Shown: positions 5,987 to 6,065 of the stretch, piece after piece
Layout of the letters: every line of letters begins with the position of its first letter
Numbering within the stretch: position 1 is the stretch's first letter
Virus record (IMG/VR): IMGVR_UViG_638341086_000005
DNA length: 6,065 nt
Direction: 5' to 3' (one strand)
Source of the DNA: a virus
Taxonomy: Duplodnaviria; Heunggongvirae; Uroviricota; Caudoviricetes
Notes under the pieces: model-generated
Databases searched by the model: none
Told to the model about the DNA's origin: nothing
Seen by the model: only the letters and a program-made list of their open reading frames with translations
Program-made: the position numbers and the translations under genes

Positions 5987-6065
5987 TTAAACCTTCCGAA
6001 TCTCTGGCGTGGACATCTGCGGACCCGCTGATCGACCTGAAATTTGCATTACGTAAAAATACCGC
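5909..6065 (+). other. continuation of capsid coding sequence in -1 frame (open to window end), implying a frameshift / pseudogene / sequencing indel
   Basis: From the A-rich run GACAAAAAGCAAAAGG (5906-5921) the -1 frame reads ...KAKGFLSVPRAEKNDKERDFGTLHVIKPSESLAWTSADPLIDLKFALRKNT with no stop to 6065 and E. coli-like codons. Joined to the upstream frame it gives GDGDKKAKGFLS, close to the GDG-x-KP-x-G-(I/F)-L motif of HK97-family capsids. That frame has a TGA at 5905-5907, so the switch must occur within 5908-5920. Confidence 0.45.

Overview
The window looks like the regulation and replication core of a small phage-related mobile element (phage-satellite / PICI- or P4-like), not ordinary chromosome. 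All calls rest on reading the sequence and ORF track by eye; no searches were run. Left to right: (i) a leftward two-gene operon (YlcI/YnfO-like small DNA-binding protein plus a 61-aa protein) diverging from (ii) a rightward translationally coupled operon, separated by a ~200-bp control region carrying three copies of the perfect palindrome TGTGCGCACA around a sigma70-like promoter; (iii) a small Icd-like protein, two AT-rich unrecognised small genes, and a ~708-aa P-loop replication protein (Walker A SSAGKTT, Walker B LLPLDEIG); (iv) immediately downstream, a non-coding ~350-bp region with 11 perfect copies of the 9-mer TAACCCGCA/TGCGGGTTA in both orientations plus AT-rich tracts, a classic iteron origin; (v) an 83-aa protein translationally coupled to an SSB homologue ending in the DDIPF tail, then a PerC-like small regulator and an intrinsic terminator; (vi) a structured leader and an HK97-type major capsid gene whose frame breaks at a CAAAAAG run and continues in the -1 frame to the window end. 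No rRNA, tRNA or CRISPR array was seen. The most novel candidates are the two AT-rich orphan genes upstream of rep, the capsid frame break, and the capsid leader structure.
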